Of a stretch of 50,631 nucleotides of DNA, positions 9,062 through 18,410 are shown piece by piece; within the stretch, counting starts at the first letter, position 1, and each line of letters begins with the position of its first letter. The notes beneath the pieces were generated by a model. It was not told the DNA's origin, did no database searches, and was given only the letters and a program-made list of their open reading frames with translations. A program made the position numbers and the translations under genes. The DNA is from an uncultured Eubacteriales bacterium (lineage in GTDB: Bacteria > Bacillota_I > Bacilli_A > RF39 > UBA660). The stretch is from assembly GCA_900320505.1 (NCBI GenBank), contig ONSL01000002.1:1-50631 (forward strand), read 5' to 3'.

Positions 9062-9685
9062 TTAAATATGTTTTTCTTTTATTTCATCTTTAGATGACTT
9101 CTTAAGTTCCATTTCTTTAACAGAAGATGAATTAAATATTCTTCTGATATTACTTATATTAGCCTTAATTATTGCAGGATAAATGTCGTTTTCAGAATTT
9201 TTAACCTTAAAAATAACCTTACCTGGTTGCATTAATAAAGGAGCTGGTCTTTCTCCACTAATACCATCAACACAAACATCTTCAGTATAGTCAAAGTCAG
9301 ATTCAACACTAAATCCACCATCTATAGGAGTAATTTTTGTATATTCAGTTCCAACAATTTCACTATAATTATAAACATTTTCAAAATCACGTAATTTAGA
9401 AATAAATTTACTAATTTCAACAGTTTCATCTGGATTTATAGTCATAGTAATATTTTTTTGATCATCTAAATTATTTCTTGAGGATTTCAAAATAATTGTT
9501 CCATCTTCTTTATAGAAAATCTTACTTGATGAATTATCATCTCCATCATTAATCATAACTTTAACATCATCTGAAGTATCACTGTCTACATTATCTAATG
9601 TATCATTATAATCTTTAATAAATCCCATATATATTGCAACAAGACTATCAACATTTTTTACAATTTCTTCATAATTATCATTCAT
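9062..9685 (-). CDS. hypothetical acidic protein (207 aa)
   Basis: ATG preceded by TTTGGAGGGTTTAAT. No signal peptide and no recognised motif. Confidence 0.55.
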   Translation of the reverse strand: MNDNYEEIVKNVDSLVAIYMGFIKDYNDTLDNVDSDTSDDVKVMINDGDDNSSSKIFYKEDGTIILKSSRNNLDDQKNITMTINPDETVEISKFISKLRDFENVYNYSEIVGTEYTKITPIDGGFSVESDFDYTEDVCVDGISGERPAPLLMQPGKVIFKVKNSENDIYPAIIKANISNIRRIFNSSSVKEMELKKSSKDEIKEKHI

Positions 9686-9754
9686 ATTAAACCCTCCAAA
9701 TAATGAGATATCTCTCATAATAGCACATATTATAGCATAAAGCTTGAAAATAAT

Positions 9755-10015
9755 CTATAATCTGCCATTTTTCTTTTCACTCTCATAAATAACTGAATTT
9801 AAATATCCCTTTGGATCATAAGAAGAAAAGAAATCATCTTCCTTTGATGCAATATTTGCATCAACATCATAATAAAGAGAAACTAAAGTACTTTTAATAT
9901 TCTTAAGTATATCTTTATTATTAATACCATTAATAATTCCAGCAAATACTTCACTATTAATCCATAATGAAATATCTCTTTTTAAATTATTAAAAAACTC
10001 ATTATCACTTTTCAT
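9755..10015 (-). CDS. hypothetical protein (86 aa)
   Basis: ATG preceded by the same TTTGGAGGGTTT context as the downstream gene. Confidence 0.5.
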   Translation of the reverse strand: MKSDNEFFNNLKRDISLWINSEVFAGIINGINNKDILKNIKSTLVSLYYDVDANIASKEDDFFSSYDPKGYLNSVIYESEKKNGRL

Positions 10016-10101
10016 ACACAAACCCTCCAAATGACTAATATACTAACACAAAGTAAACTTTAAATCAATAATGCATATAAATATATGAGGAGAATGATAA
10101 A

Positions 10102-10254
10102 ATGTATAACATGCCAGTAATGCCATTTCAAAATGATCAAAATATAGAAAAAGAATTAAAAAACATCTATAACAAATTAATAGATATCGAAAATATTTTA
10201 AAACAGCAAAACATTAAAGATCAAAATAATACAAAAGGACTATATATGCTATAA
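10102..10254 (+). CDS. small hypothetical protein (50 aa), not in the ORF track
   Basis: GAGGAG SD 8 nt upstream. Translation MYNMPVMPFQNDQNIEKELKNIYNKLIDIENILKQQNIKDQNNTKGLYML, followed by a weak hairpin and a T9 run. Confidence 0.4.
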   Translation: MYNMPVMPFQNDQNIEKELKNIYNKLIDIENILKQQNIKDQNNTKGLYML

Positions 10255-10306
10255 GTCTTTTTTTTTATCCTTAAAAAGGGTATAATAAATAAGAAAGGAA
10301 AAGATT

Positions 10307-11614
10307 ATGTATACACTAAAAGAACTTGAAAAAAAAGAATACGAAAAATTTGTAAAAGAAAACAAATATAAATCCCATTTCTTGCAAAGCTATGCATGGG
10401 GAGAATTTGCAAAGGAAAAGAAAAACAAAAATGTATATTATTTAGGACTAATAAAAGATAAAAATATAGTTGCATCAGCTCTTCTACTTCAAACAAAACT
10501 TCCACTTGGATATTCATACTTCTACTCTCCTAGAGGATTTGTATTAAATTATGAAGATGAAGAAACATTTAATGAAATGACAAAAAAAGTAGTAGAATTT
10601 GTAAAAAATAAAAAAGGAATATTTTTAAAAATAGATCCAGATATAATAAGAAAAAGCATAAATTATAAAGGAGAAGAAAATCCTTTAAAATATAATCCAG
10701 ATAAAATTTTTAAAATGATTAAAAAAGCAGGATTTAAACATCTAGGATTTACAAAAAACTTTGAAACAAACAACCCAAGATATACATTTAGAATAAATAT
10801 GAATAAAAGCATAGAAGAAATAGAATCATGCTACTCAAAAACAACTAAACAAAGAATAAAAAAAGCTGAAAAATTAGGAGTAGAAGTAAAAATTGGAGAA
10901 GAAAAAGATTTAGATGAATTCTGCCATCTAATGAAAGTAACTGAAGATAGAAAAGACTTTGTATCATATAGTGATGACTATTATAAAACACTTTATAAAA
11001 TCTGGAATAAAGATAATAAAATGACACTTTTTTTAGGAATAGTAGATTTAAAGTACATACTAAATAACTTAAAAGAAAGAAGAAAAGACCTAGAAGAAAA
11101 AATAAATGAAATACCAAAAGAAAACATGAGCAAATCTGCTAAAAATAAATTAAAAGAATTAGAAAGAGAACTTGATAAAGTAAAAGAAGATGAAGAAAAA
11201 TACAAAGGTTATCAAAAGGAATATGGAAACAAAATAACATTAAATGCACACATGATAATAGAATATGGAAATAAAGCATGGGTTTTATATGCAGGAAATG
11301 AAAACATATTAACAGAAACAGGATCAAATTACAAAGTATATGATGAACACATAAAATATGAAAAAAATCGTGGAATAAAAGTATATGACCAATTTGGAAC
11401 TATAGGAGACTTAAGCAAAGATAATCCAAGACTAGGACTTCATGAATTTAAAAAGAAATTTGGTGGAGACTATGTAGAATTTCTAGGAGAATTTGATTAT
11501 ATAACAAATAAACCTATGTACTTTGCATTTACAAAACTAGTCCCTCTTTATAGAAAAATGGTAAGAAATAAATCTAAAAAGAAAATAGAAAACGACTTAA
11601 AAGAAAGGAAATAA
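10307..11614 (+). CDS. FemAB-family peptidoglycan interpeptide-bridge aminoacyltransferase (paralogue 1)
   Basis: N-terminal FLQSYAWGEF, SPRGFV, the coiled-coil insert typical of FemA/FemB, and C-terminal YDQFGT...GLHEFKKKFGG. Confidence 0.8.
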   Translation: MYTLKELEKKEYEKFVKENKYKSHFLQSYAWGEFAKEKKNKNVYYLGLIKDKNIVASALLLQTKLPLGYSYFYSPRGFVLNYEDEETFNEMTKKVVEFVKNKKGIFLKIDPDIIRKSINYKGEENPLKYNPDKIFKMIKKAGFKHLGFTKNFETNNPRYTFRINMNKSIEEIESCYSKTTKQRIKKAEKLGVEVKIGEEKDLDEFCHLMKVTEDRKDFVSYSDDYYKTLYKIWNKDNKMTLFLGIVDLKYILNNLKERRKDLEEKINEIPKENMSKSAKNKLKELERELDKVKEDEEKYKGYQKEYGNKITLNAHMIIEYGNKAWVLYAGNENILTETGSNYKVYDEHIKYEKNRGIKVYDQFGTIGDLSKDNPRLGLHEFKKKFGGDYVEFLGEFDYITNKPMYFAFTKLVPLYRKMVRNKSKKKIENDLKERK

Positions 11615-11615
11615 T

Positions 11616-12887
11616 ATGAAACTTGTTGAACTAAAAGAAAAAGAATTTGAAAACTTCGCATATAAAAATAAAGAATTTAGTTTTCATCAAACAAAAGAAT
11701 GGGCAAAATTAAAAGCATGCAATGGTTGGAAACATTTATATTTAGGACTTATAGATAAAGAAATTGAAGCAGCAACATTAATACTAATTAAAAGCACACC
11801 AATAAAAAAAGATATATGGTATTCACCAAGAGGGTTCTTAATTGATTATGATAATAAAAAACTTCTACAAGAATTTACAGAAAAAATAAAAGAATATGCA
11901 AAACATCATAATGCATTTTTTATAAAAATAGATCCATATCTTTCATACAAAGAAAGAAATATCAACGGAGACTTAGTAAATGGTGGCAAGGATAACACAA
12001 AAGCTGTGGAAAACTTAAAAAGTCTAGGATACAAGCATTATGGATTTAACAAAGGAACAGATAAAGAACTACAACCAAGATGGATATATGTACTAGATAT
12101 AGATGGAAAAAGCGAAGACGAAATATATAAAGGATTTAATAGTGATACAAAAAGATACATAAATAGATGTAAAACATATGGATTAATAACAGAAGAAACT
12201 AAAGAAGATAACATTGAAGACTTTGTAAAAATAATGGAACACACATCAAAAAGAAGAGGATTTACAGATAGACCTGTATCATACTACAAAGAAATGTTAG
12301 AAAATTTAAAAGAACACATTAAAATAATAAGCTGTTACATGGATACTAAGAAAGCATTAAAAGATATAAAAGAAAAACTAGATGAAATAGATAAAGAAAA
12401 GAAAGAAATAGAAGAAAAATTAAAAATAAATCCAGATAGTAAAAAAAGTAAAACAGCAATGAAAGTAATAACAAAAAGAATTGAAGATATAAATAAAAGA
12501 AAAGAAGAAATAAAGAAACTTGAAAAAGAAAATGGAAACAAAATTCTAATGGCTAGTTCAATGTTCATAATATATCCTAATGAAATAATATACCTATTTA
12601 GTGGATCATTTGATAAACATATGAAATATAATCCTCAATACTTAATACAATGGGAAATAATAAAATATGCATGTGAAAAGAAAATACCAAGATATAACTT
12701 CTATGGAATAGATGGAGACTTTTCTAAAGATAATCCAATGTATGGAGTATATGAATTTAAAAAAGGATTTGGTGGAAAAGTAGTAGAACTAATAGGAGAA
12801 TTTGATTTAGTAATAAATAAATTTGATTATGACTTATATAAAGCAGCATTTAAAATATATAGAAACATAAAAAGACACAAAGCATAA
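11616..12887 (+). CDS. FemAB-family peptidoglycan interpeptide-bridge aminoacyltransferase (paralogue 2)
   Basis: Same architecture: FHQTKEWAKLK, SPRGFL, coiled-coil insert, YNFYGI...GVYEFKKGFGG. The start lies 1 nt after the upstream stop. Confidence 0.8.
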   Translation: MKLVELKEKEFENFAYKNKEFSFHQTKEWAKLKACNGWKHLYLGLIDKEIEAATLILIKSTPIKKDIWYSPRGFLIDYDNKKLLQEFTEKIKEYAKHHNAFFIKIDPYLSYKERNINGDLVNGGKDNTKAVENLKSLGYKHYGFNKGTDKELQPRWIYVLDIDGKSEDEIYKGFNSDTKRYINRCKTYGLITEETKEDNIEDFVKIMEHTSKRRGFTDRPVSYYKEMLENLKEHIKIISCYMDTKKALKDIKEKLDEIDKEKKEIEEKLKINPDSKKSKTAMKVITKRIEDINKRKEEIKKLEKENGNKILMASSMFIIYPNEIIYLFSGSFDKHMKYNPQYLIQWEIIKYACEKKIPRYNFYGIDGDFSKDNPMYGVYEFKKGFGGKVVELIGEFDLVINKFDYDLYKAAFKIYRNIKRHKA

Positions 12888-12900
12888 TGTGTCTTTTTTC
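12873..12900 (+). terminator. intrinsic terminator of the fem operon
   Basis: AGACACA-aagcataa-TGTGTCT followed by TTTTTT. The stop codon lies in the loop. Confidence 0.7.
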
Positions 12901-12902
12901 TT

Positions 12903-14582
12903 TTATTTAGAAAGTCTTAATTTCTTCTTAATCTTTGTAAGAAACTCTTTACCAAATACCCTATATAAAGTACCAGTCTTCTTAACAACTAAATAATAAA
13001 CTATAATACCAGTTAAAGTATAAACAATAATTATTGTTAAGTTAACAATTCTTGTAGTGCTTGAAATAGGTATAATAAACTTAAGAAGTGTAAGAGCAAG
13101 AATCATAACAATAGTTGCAAATATTATCTTTAATATTTCAATAAAACTATCTTTGTAGCTAACCTTATAAGATTTACTTAAAGAAATTAAACAAATAATA
13201 AATGAAAGTCCATAACCAATAATAGAAGAAACAATAGAACCATAATAAGCATGAATACCAATACTATTGAATAAATTAATTAAAGGAATATTTAAAATTG
13301 CTTTTAAAACAATACCACTAAATAAACTAATAAATACTGTTTTATATTTTTTAAGAACTTGAGTAATAGTAATAGTAGTTGTAAAGAATGCAGTAATTAA
13401 TGAAACATATATAAAGAAACTAAATACAGATGCTCCGTACTTGCTCGCACCATAAAATAATGTATAAACAGGTTCAGCGAGGAATGAAAGACCAACAGTC
13501 ATAGGAATAACAAAAATAGCAAGAACCTTTAAACTTTCATTAATCTTTGATCTAATATCATCATAATCCTTTAAAACCAAACTAGTAGTTAAATTAGGAG
13601 TAAGACTAACAGTCATACCAGTGGAAATAGAAATAATAATCATATTAAATTTAGCAGCCCAAGTAGAAAGTATACTCATAATACTTTCAGCATCATGTGT
13701 ACCATAAATAGGACTTAAAGCTTTAACAACAGTTACAGTATCAACAAGACTATAAAGAGATTTAAAGATATCAATCATTATAAGTGGAAAAGCATAAATA
13801 AATATCTTCTTTAATATTTCTTTTGTAGTAATATTTGGTTCTTTAACTTTCTTTTCTCTTTCTTCAAATAAATAATTATTTTTCTTCTTTTTGAAAATCA
13901 AATAGAAGTATGATGCTAAAGAGCCAGCAGTTGCAGCAAAAACAGCAATACCAACAGCATTAGTTAAACCACCATTAAACACTTTAAGAACCATGTAAGA
14001 GCCTATAACTATAATACATACTCTAACAACTTGCTCAAGAACTTGTGATATAGCAGTTGGTGTTATATACTTATGTCCCTCAAAATATCCTCTATAAATA
14101 CTTAAAACAGGAACAATTATAATAGCAGTAGAAATAACTCTAATAACAAATGTAACATCTTCTATTGTATTTCCACCCTTCAAATCCCCTAAAATAGCAT
14201 GTGCAAGATCTGGTGCAAAAGCAAATAAAATTATAAAACATACTGCACCTAAAGTAATAGCAATAGTTCTGCCAATATTAAATGCTTTTTTCTTTGCATC
14301 ATAATATCCCAGTGTCTGATATTCAGCAGTTAATTTACTAATAGCAAGTGGAATACCAGCAGTAGAAATAGCCATAAAAATAAGATAGAAAGTATAAGCA
14401 TAACCATATAACGCTCCACCCTTCTCACCAATTATTGCATAAAATGGAATAACATAAAGTACCCCTAAAATTTTAGTAATGATAATGCCTAGTGTTGCAA
14501 TAAATGCACCATGCATAAAATCACTTTTTTGCATTACTTTATCCTTTTTATTTATTTTTTCTTTTCTTTCTTTCTTCTTCAT
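12903..14582 (-). CDS. MurJ/SpoVB/YtgP-family (MOP superfamily) lipid II / polysaccharide flippase
   Basis: About 14 TM segments and a polysaccharide-biosynthesis-protein-like sequence. The likely start is MKKKERKE at 14582 (GGAG SD 8 nt upstream). The track's longer N-terminus overlaps the cse60-like gene. Confidence 0.7.
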   Translation of the reverse strand: MKKKERKEKINKKDKVMQKSDFMHGAFIATLGIIITKILGVLYVIPFYAIIGEKGGALYGYAYTFYLIFMAISTAGIPLAISKLTAEYQTLGYYDAKKKAFNIGRTIAITLGAVCFIILFAFAPDLAHAILGDLKGGNTIEDVTFVIRVISTAIIIVPVLSIYRGYFEGHKYITPTAISQVLEQVVRVCIIVIGSYMVLKVFNGGLTNAVGIAVFAATAGSLASYFYLIFKKKKNNYLFEEREKKVKEPNITTKEILKKIFIYAFPLIMIDIFKSLYSLVDTVTVVKALSPIYGTHDAESIMSILSTWAAKFNMIIISISTGMTVSLTPNLTTSLVLKDYDDIRSKINESLKVLAIFVIPMTVGLSFLAEPVYTLFYGASKYGASVFSFFIYVSLITAFFTTTITITQVLKKYKTVFISLFSGIVLKAILNIPLINLFNSIGIHAYYGSIVSSIIGYGLSFIICLISLSKSYKVSYKDSFIEILKIIFATIVMILALTLLKFIIPISSTTRIVNLTIIIVYTLTGIIVYYLVVKKTGTLYRVFGKEFLTKIKKKLRLSK

Positions 14583-14610
14583 ATTCAAAACTCCAATACA
14601 ACACATTATA

Positions 14611-14787
14611 TCATTTTTTTTGATGATAAACAACAAGTGCACTAAAGCAGTATATCTGTTCTTCACCATATATAGACGAACTAACAGAAAATTTAATATC
14701 ATCCATAATAATATCTTCAAGTAAAAAATTATTAATATCCTCTTCTAAATCTTTTTCATCTTCACAATCAAAAAGTTTAACTTTCAT
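14611..14787 (-). CDS. Cse60-family small protein (58 aa), not in the ORF track
   Basis: MKVKLFDCEDEKDLEEDINNFLLEDIIMDDIKFSVSSSIYGEEQIYCFSALVVYHQKK resembles my recollection of B. subtilis Cse60/YteV (VKLFD.E.EKDLE...N.FL...QIYCFSA). GGTGA SD. Confidence 0.55.
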   Translation of the reverse strand: MKVKLFDCEDEKDLEEDINNFLLEDIIMDDIKFSVSSSIYGEEQIYCFSALVVYHQKK

Positions 14788-14832
14788 ATAATCACCAATA
14801 ATATTTTAAAAGAAAAAAATTAAAAAAAATGT

Positions 14833-14856
14833 CAAAAAAAAGACTCAAATGAGTCT
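14833..14856 (-). terminator. intrinsic terminator
   Basis: Minus strand: AGACTC-attt-GAGTCT followed by T8. Confidence 0.65.
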
Positions 14857-15385
14857 AATTATTTTTCTTAAATTTAGAAATAATAATGAAAGAACCAAAT
14901 ACTATTAAAACTGCACCAATAATATAAATAACAGAATTAATAGATTTAGAAGTATCAGGAACTTTTACTAATTACTCATTATTAGAACTAGCAACTGGCT
15001 TAGTATCCACACTACTTCCATTATAATTATTAAATAAATCTTTTAAAGACTCTGAAAGTTCTTTAATAAAACCTTCTCCATATCCAGATAATTTGCCACC
15101 AAAAACTTTACTATATTTATCCATATTACTATATGGAACAAATAATAATATTTGATAATCTTTATGATTAGCAACAATAGTATCAGCACCAGGATTTAAA
15201 GCAGTAATCCCCTTAAGAAACAAGCATTTGTTGTTTAGTCTCATCAAGTGATGAAAAACTTGTACTATTAATCATAAAATCATAATAAATAGGCATATCA
15301 TTAAATAATTTAAACTTTCAGCATTATTAACAAGCTTATATTCAAAATCATTAAAAACTTCTTTATAAATACATCTCTATCTCAA
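14855..15385 (-). pseudogene. remnant of a sortase-anchored surface protein (several frameshifts, plus an in-frame TAA just before the sorting signal)
   Basis: Three frame segments join as ...YKEVFNDFEYKLVNNAESLNYL / NDMPIYYDFMINSTSFSSLDETKQQMLVS / LKGITALNPGADTIVANHKDYQILLFVPY...VDTKPVASSNNE. After TAA (14972-14974) the same frame continues LVKVPDTSKSINSVIYIIGAVLIVFGSFIIISKFKKNN, which is an LPXTG-like motif, a TM segment and a basic tail. No N-terminus or start codon remains. Confidence 0.6.
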
Positions 15386-15427
15386 CTATAACATAAAATA
15401 AAAATACATTTAACCAAATAAAATTAA

Positions 15428-15458
15428 ATAAAAAAATTTACATAAATTAATGTAAAAA
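15428..15458 (-). terminator. intrinsic terminator after the tagO/wecA-like gene
   Basis: Minus strand: TTTACAT-taattt-ATGTAAA followed by T7. Confidence 0.6.
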
Positions 15459-15467
15459 AAAGAAAAA

Positions 15468-16568
15468 TTACTTTTTCTTTTTAAAATTCTTAATAAAATT
15501 TAATTTACTTTCAGCTTTTTCAGTAATTATAGGAACTTTAGAAGAAATAATACTTGTATGAAGTGCAAACCATACCATAATTACAAATAAGACTATATAA
15601 ATAATAATACCAGTCTCTCCTCCAGCAATAGTATTGAAAATAGTTGCAAAAGAGAAAAGAGCATCAATTATATAAATTATAATAACAGTATTTTTAGGAG
15701 AAAAATTCATAGAAAGAAGTTGATGATGTAAGTGTTCTTTATCTGCAGAGAATATTGGCTTACCTTTAATACTTCGTCTAATAATTGCAAATAATGTATC
15801 AAGAATAGGAATTGCAAGAACAAGTACTGGTACAAAGAATGATGTAAGAGCAGGTCCTTTAAATTCAAGCATAGAAATAATTGAAATAATAAATCCTAAA
15901 AAAGTAGCAGAATCTCCCGCAAAAATACTAGCAGGATAAAAATTATAAACAAGAAATCCAAGAGTCGCTCCAAGCATTACAAAAGTAAGAATCATAACAA
16001 GACTACCAGTTCTACCTTGATAAAGACCTATAATACCAATCGTTAAAAAGAAAATAGAACAAATACCACCAGAAAGGCCATCAAGTCCATCAATTAGATT
16101 AATAATATTGGTACAAGCAACAATAAATAAAATTGTAATTGGATAAGCAAAAATACCAAAATCAAGTGAAAAACCAAAAGCAGTAACATTGTTTAACGTA
16201 ATACCACCATAGAAAACCACTATGCATGCAGCAACTATATGACATAAAAATTTCTGCCATGCCTTAATAGAATTAATATCATCAGTAATACTCGTAAGAA
16301 TAATAATAAAACTAGCGATAAGAATTGAATTCATCTGAATACTCTGACTACCGAAAAGCATATATCCAACAAGAAAACTCAAATAAATACCAAGGCCTCC
16401 AAACTTTGGAGTTGGTTTTTTATGAATATGACGATGCCCTTCATCATTTCTAGGCTCATCAATCGCACCAACATGCCAAGAAAGTTTTTTCATAAAAGGC
16501 ATTAAAATAACCGAACAAATGAAAGTTGTAAAAACTATTAATAAGCTTCTTACTATTTCTTCTCTCAT
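15468..16568 (-). CDS. undecaprenyl-phosphate N-acetylglucosamine-1-phosphate transferase (GT4 MraY/WecA family, TagO-like)
   Basis: HKKPTPKFGGLGIY and NIINLIDGLDGLSGG motifs in a polytopic membrane protein. TATAAT -10 at 16594-16599. The start is 16568 or 16583. Confidence 0.75.
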   Translation of the reverse strand: MREEIVRSLLIVFTTFICSVILMPFMKKLSWHVGAIDEPRNDEGHRHIHKKPTPKFGGLGIYLSFLVGYMLFGSQSIQMNSILIASFIIILTSITDDINSIKAWQKFLCHIVAACIVVFYGGITLNNVTAFGFSLDFGIFAYPITILFIVACTNIINLIDGLDGLSGGICSIFFLTIGIIGLYQGRTGSLVMILTFVMLGATLGFLVYNFYPASIFAGDSATFLGFIISIISMLEFKGPALTSFFVPVLVLAIPILDTLFAIIRRSIKGKPIFSADKEHLHHQLLSMNFSPKNTVIIIYIIDALFSFATIFNTIAGGETGIIIYIVLFVIMVWFALHTSIISSKVPIITEKAESKLNFIKNFKKKK

Positions 16569-16605
16569 AAAAATAAACCTCATTTCAAAAACAATTATAC
16601 TATAA

Positions 16606-16644
16606 AATAAAAAAAAAAAGAAGATAATTAGCTATTATCTTCTT
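16606..16644 (-). terminator. intrinsic terminator after mreB/mbl
   Basis: 11 bp stem AAGAAGATAAT/ATTATCTTCTT with a 5 nt loop, followed by a T11 run on the minus strand. The stem includes the last codons of the gene. Confidence 0.75.
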
Positions 16645-17629
16645 CAAGAAGTTTAATATTATTAGTTAGAAGTGCTCCGCAACCTTCAGCAACACAAGTA
16701 AGTGGAGAATTAGCAATTAATACAGGAACATCTAATTCTTCTGATAATAAATCAGTAAGACCGGTAAGTAATGCTCCACCACCAGTAAGAACGATACCTC
16801 TATCAACTATATCAGCAGAAAGTTCTGGAGGGGTATCCTCTAATACATTAGTAACAGATTTTATAATCTTATTTAAACTATCAGAAAGAGCTTCCTTTGT
16901 TTCATCTTGAGTAATAGTAATTGTATGTGGAAGACCAGTAAGTAAATTTCTTCCCCTAACCTCTAAAGACTCAGTTTTAGAAGGTTTATAAACATTAGCA
17001 AAATTAATTTTAATATCTTCAGCAGTCTTTTCACCAATAAGAAGTTTATATTTATCCTTTATATACTTAATAATATCATTATCAAAAACATTTCCAGCAA
17101 TACGAAGTGATTCAGATGTTACCATATCATTCATAGATAAAATAGCAATATCAGTAGTACCACCACCAATATCAATAACCATATTAGCAGTAGGAAGTGA
17201 AATATCCATACCAGCACCAATTGCAGCGACTTTAGGTTCCTCTTCCAAATAAACTTTTCTAGCACCAGTTCTTTCAGCAGCTTCTTTAATTGCATTTTTT
17301 TCAACTTCAGTGATATTAGTAGGACAACATATTAAAATTCTAGGTCTTGCAAAAAGTGTTCTAGCTTTAATTTTCTTAATAAAAGTATTAAGCATAATTT
17401 CAGTAACTTCAAAATCAGCAATAACTCCATCCTTCATAGGTCTAATTGCTTTAACTCTTTCAGGAGTTCTACCAAACATATCACTAGCTTCTTTTCCAAC
17501 TGCAATGACCTTTTTATTTTCAGTATCAATAGCAACAATGGATGGTTCATTAAGAACGATGCCTTCTCCTTTAACATAAATTAAAACATTTGCAGTACCT
17601 AAATCAATACCAATATCTTTAGAAAACAT
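16628..17629 (-). CDS. mreB: rod shape-determining actin homologue MreB/Mbl
   Basis: MFSKDIGIDLGTANVLIYVKG..., DIGGGTTDIA and VLTGGGALL motifs. GAGGAG SD upstream of the ATG at 17629. Confidence 0.9.
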   Translation of the reverse strand: MFSKDIGIDLGTANVLIYVKGEGIVLNEPSIVAIDTENKKVIAVGKEASDMFGRTPERVKAIRPMKDGVIADFEVTEIMLNTFIKKIKARTLFARPRILICCPTNITEVEKNAIKEAAERTGARKVYLEEEPKVAAIGAGMDISLPTANMVIDIGGGTTDIAILSMNDMVTSESLRIAGNVFDNDIIKYIKDKYKLLIGEKTAEDIKINFANVYKPSKTESLEVRGRNLLTGLPHTITITQDETKEALSDSLNKIIKSVTNVLEDTPPELSADIVDRGIVLTGGGALLTGLTDLLSEELDVPVLIANSPLTCVAEGCGALLTNNIKLLEEDNS

Positions 17630-17708
17630 ACTGATCACTCCTCTTCGCGTTATATTTTATCATATTTATATTAAAAAGAATAGTAAATTATTAAAAAAAA
17701 AGAAGATT

Positions 17709-18362
17709 TTATTCTCCTTTAGAAATATTAACATCTTTACCAATATAAAGTTTAGGATCTACAAGACTACCTCCATCATAAAGTTCAAAGTGTAAATGAT
17801 TGCCAAGTGCTGAATCAATTTTATTAGTACCACTCTTTCCAATAACAATTCCTTTATCGATAACATCACCTTTTTTAACACTAACTTCTGATAGACTTTC
17901 GTAGTTGCTAACTAAATTATTATCATGCTTAATAGAAACAGTTTTACCTAAATTTTCATCATCTTTAACTTCAAGAACAGTACCAGGCAAAACATTTAAA
18001 ACATCAAAAGCATTTGATGAAACATAATCAATACCAGAATTTTGCATATAAGTATCATTATAGTAAACTATAGAATTCTTCTGACTTTCAATATTTCCTT
18101 TATAATCATAATAATCTCTACCAACTGTAACAGAACTATCAGTATATGGAGCAATCATATTACCACTATTATTACCTGTAGTATCATCTTCTTTAATAAC
18201 CTCTTTAACACTTTCCTCTTGGGAATCATCATTAATATTATTACCAGTAATCTTATTTTTAAAAGAAGTACTAGCAGCAAGTGTTACAAAAAAAGCACCA
18301 GTAAATAAAGTAACATATAGAACCGGTAAAACATATCCCTTAAGTTTCAACTTCTTCTTCAT
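17709..18362 (-). CDS. membrane-anchored M23/LytM-domain protein with degenerate first zinc-ligand motif (SpoIIQ-like architecture)
   Basis: N-terminal TM segment. The LytM domain keeps GNHLHFEL (HxH), but the HxxxD motif reads NSGID (His to Asn, aa 108). Confidence 0.65.
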   Translation of the reverse strand: MKKKLKLKGYVLPVLYVTLFTGAFFVTLAASTSFKNKITGNNINDDSQEESVKEVIKEDDTTGNNSGNMIAPYTDSSVTVGRDYYDYKGNIESQKNSIVYYNDTYMQNSGIDYVSSNAFDVLNVLPGTVLEVKDDENLGKTVSIKHDNNLVSNYESLSEVSVKKGDVIDKGIVIGKSGTNKIDSALGNHLHFELYDGGSLVDPKLYIGKDVNISKGE

Positions 18363-18410
18363 TTTCTTTCACCTCATTAGAATTTTGTGTAGAAAATGAA
18401 AAAATATACA

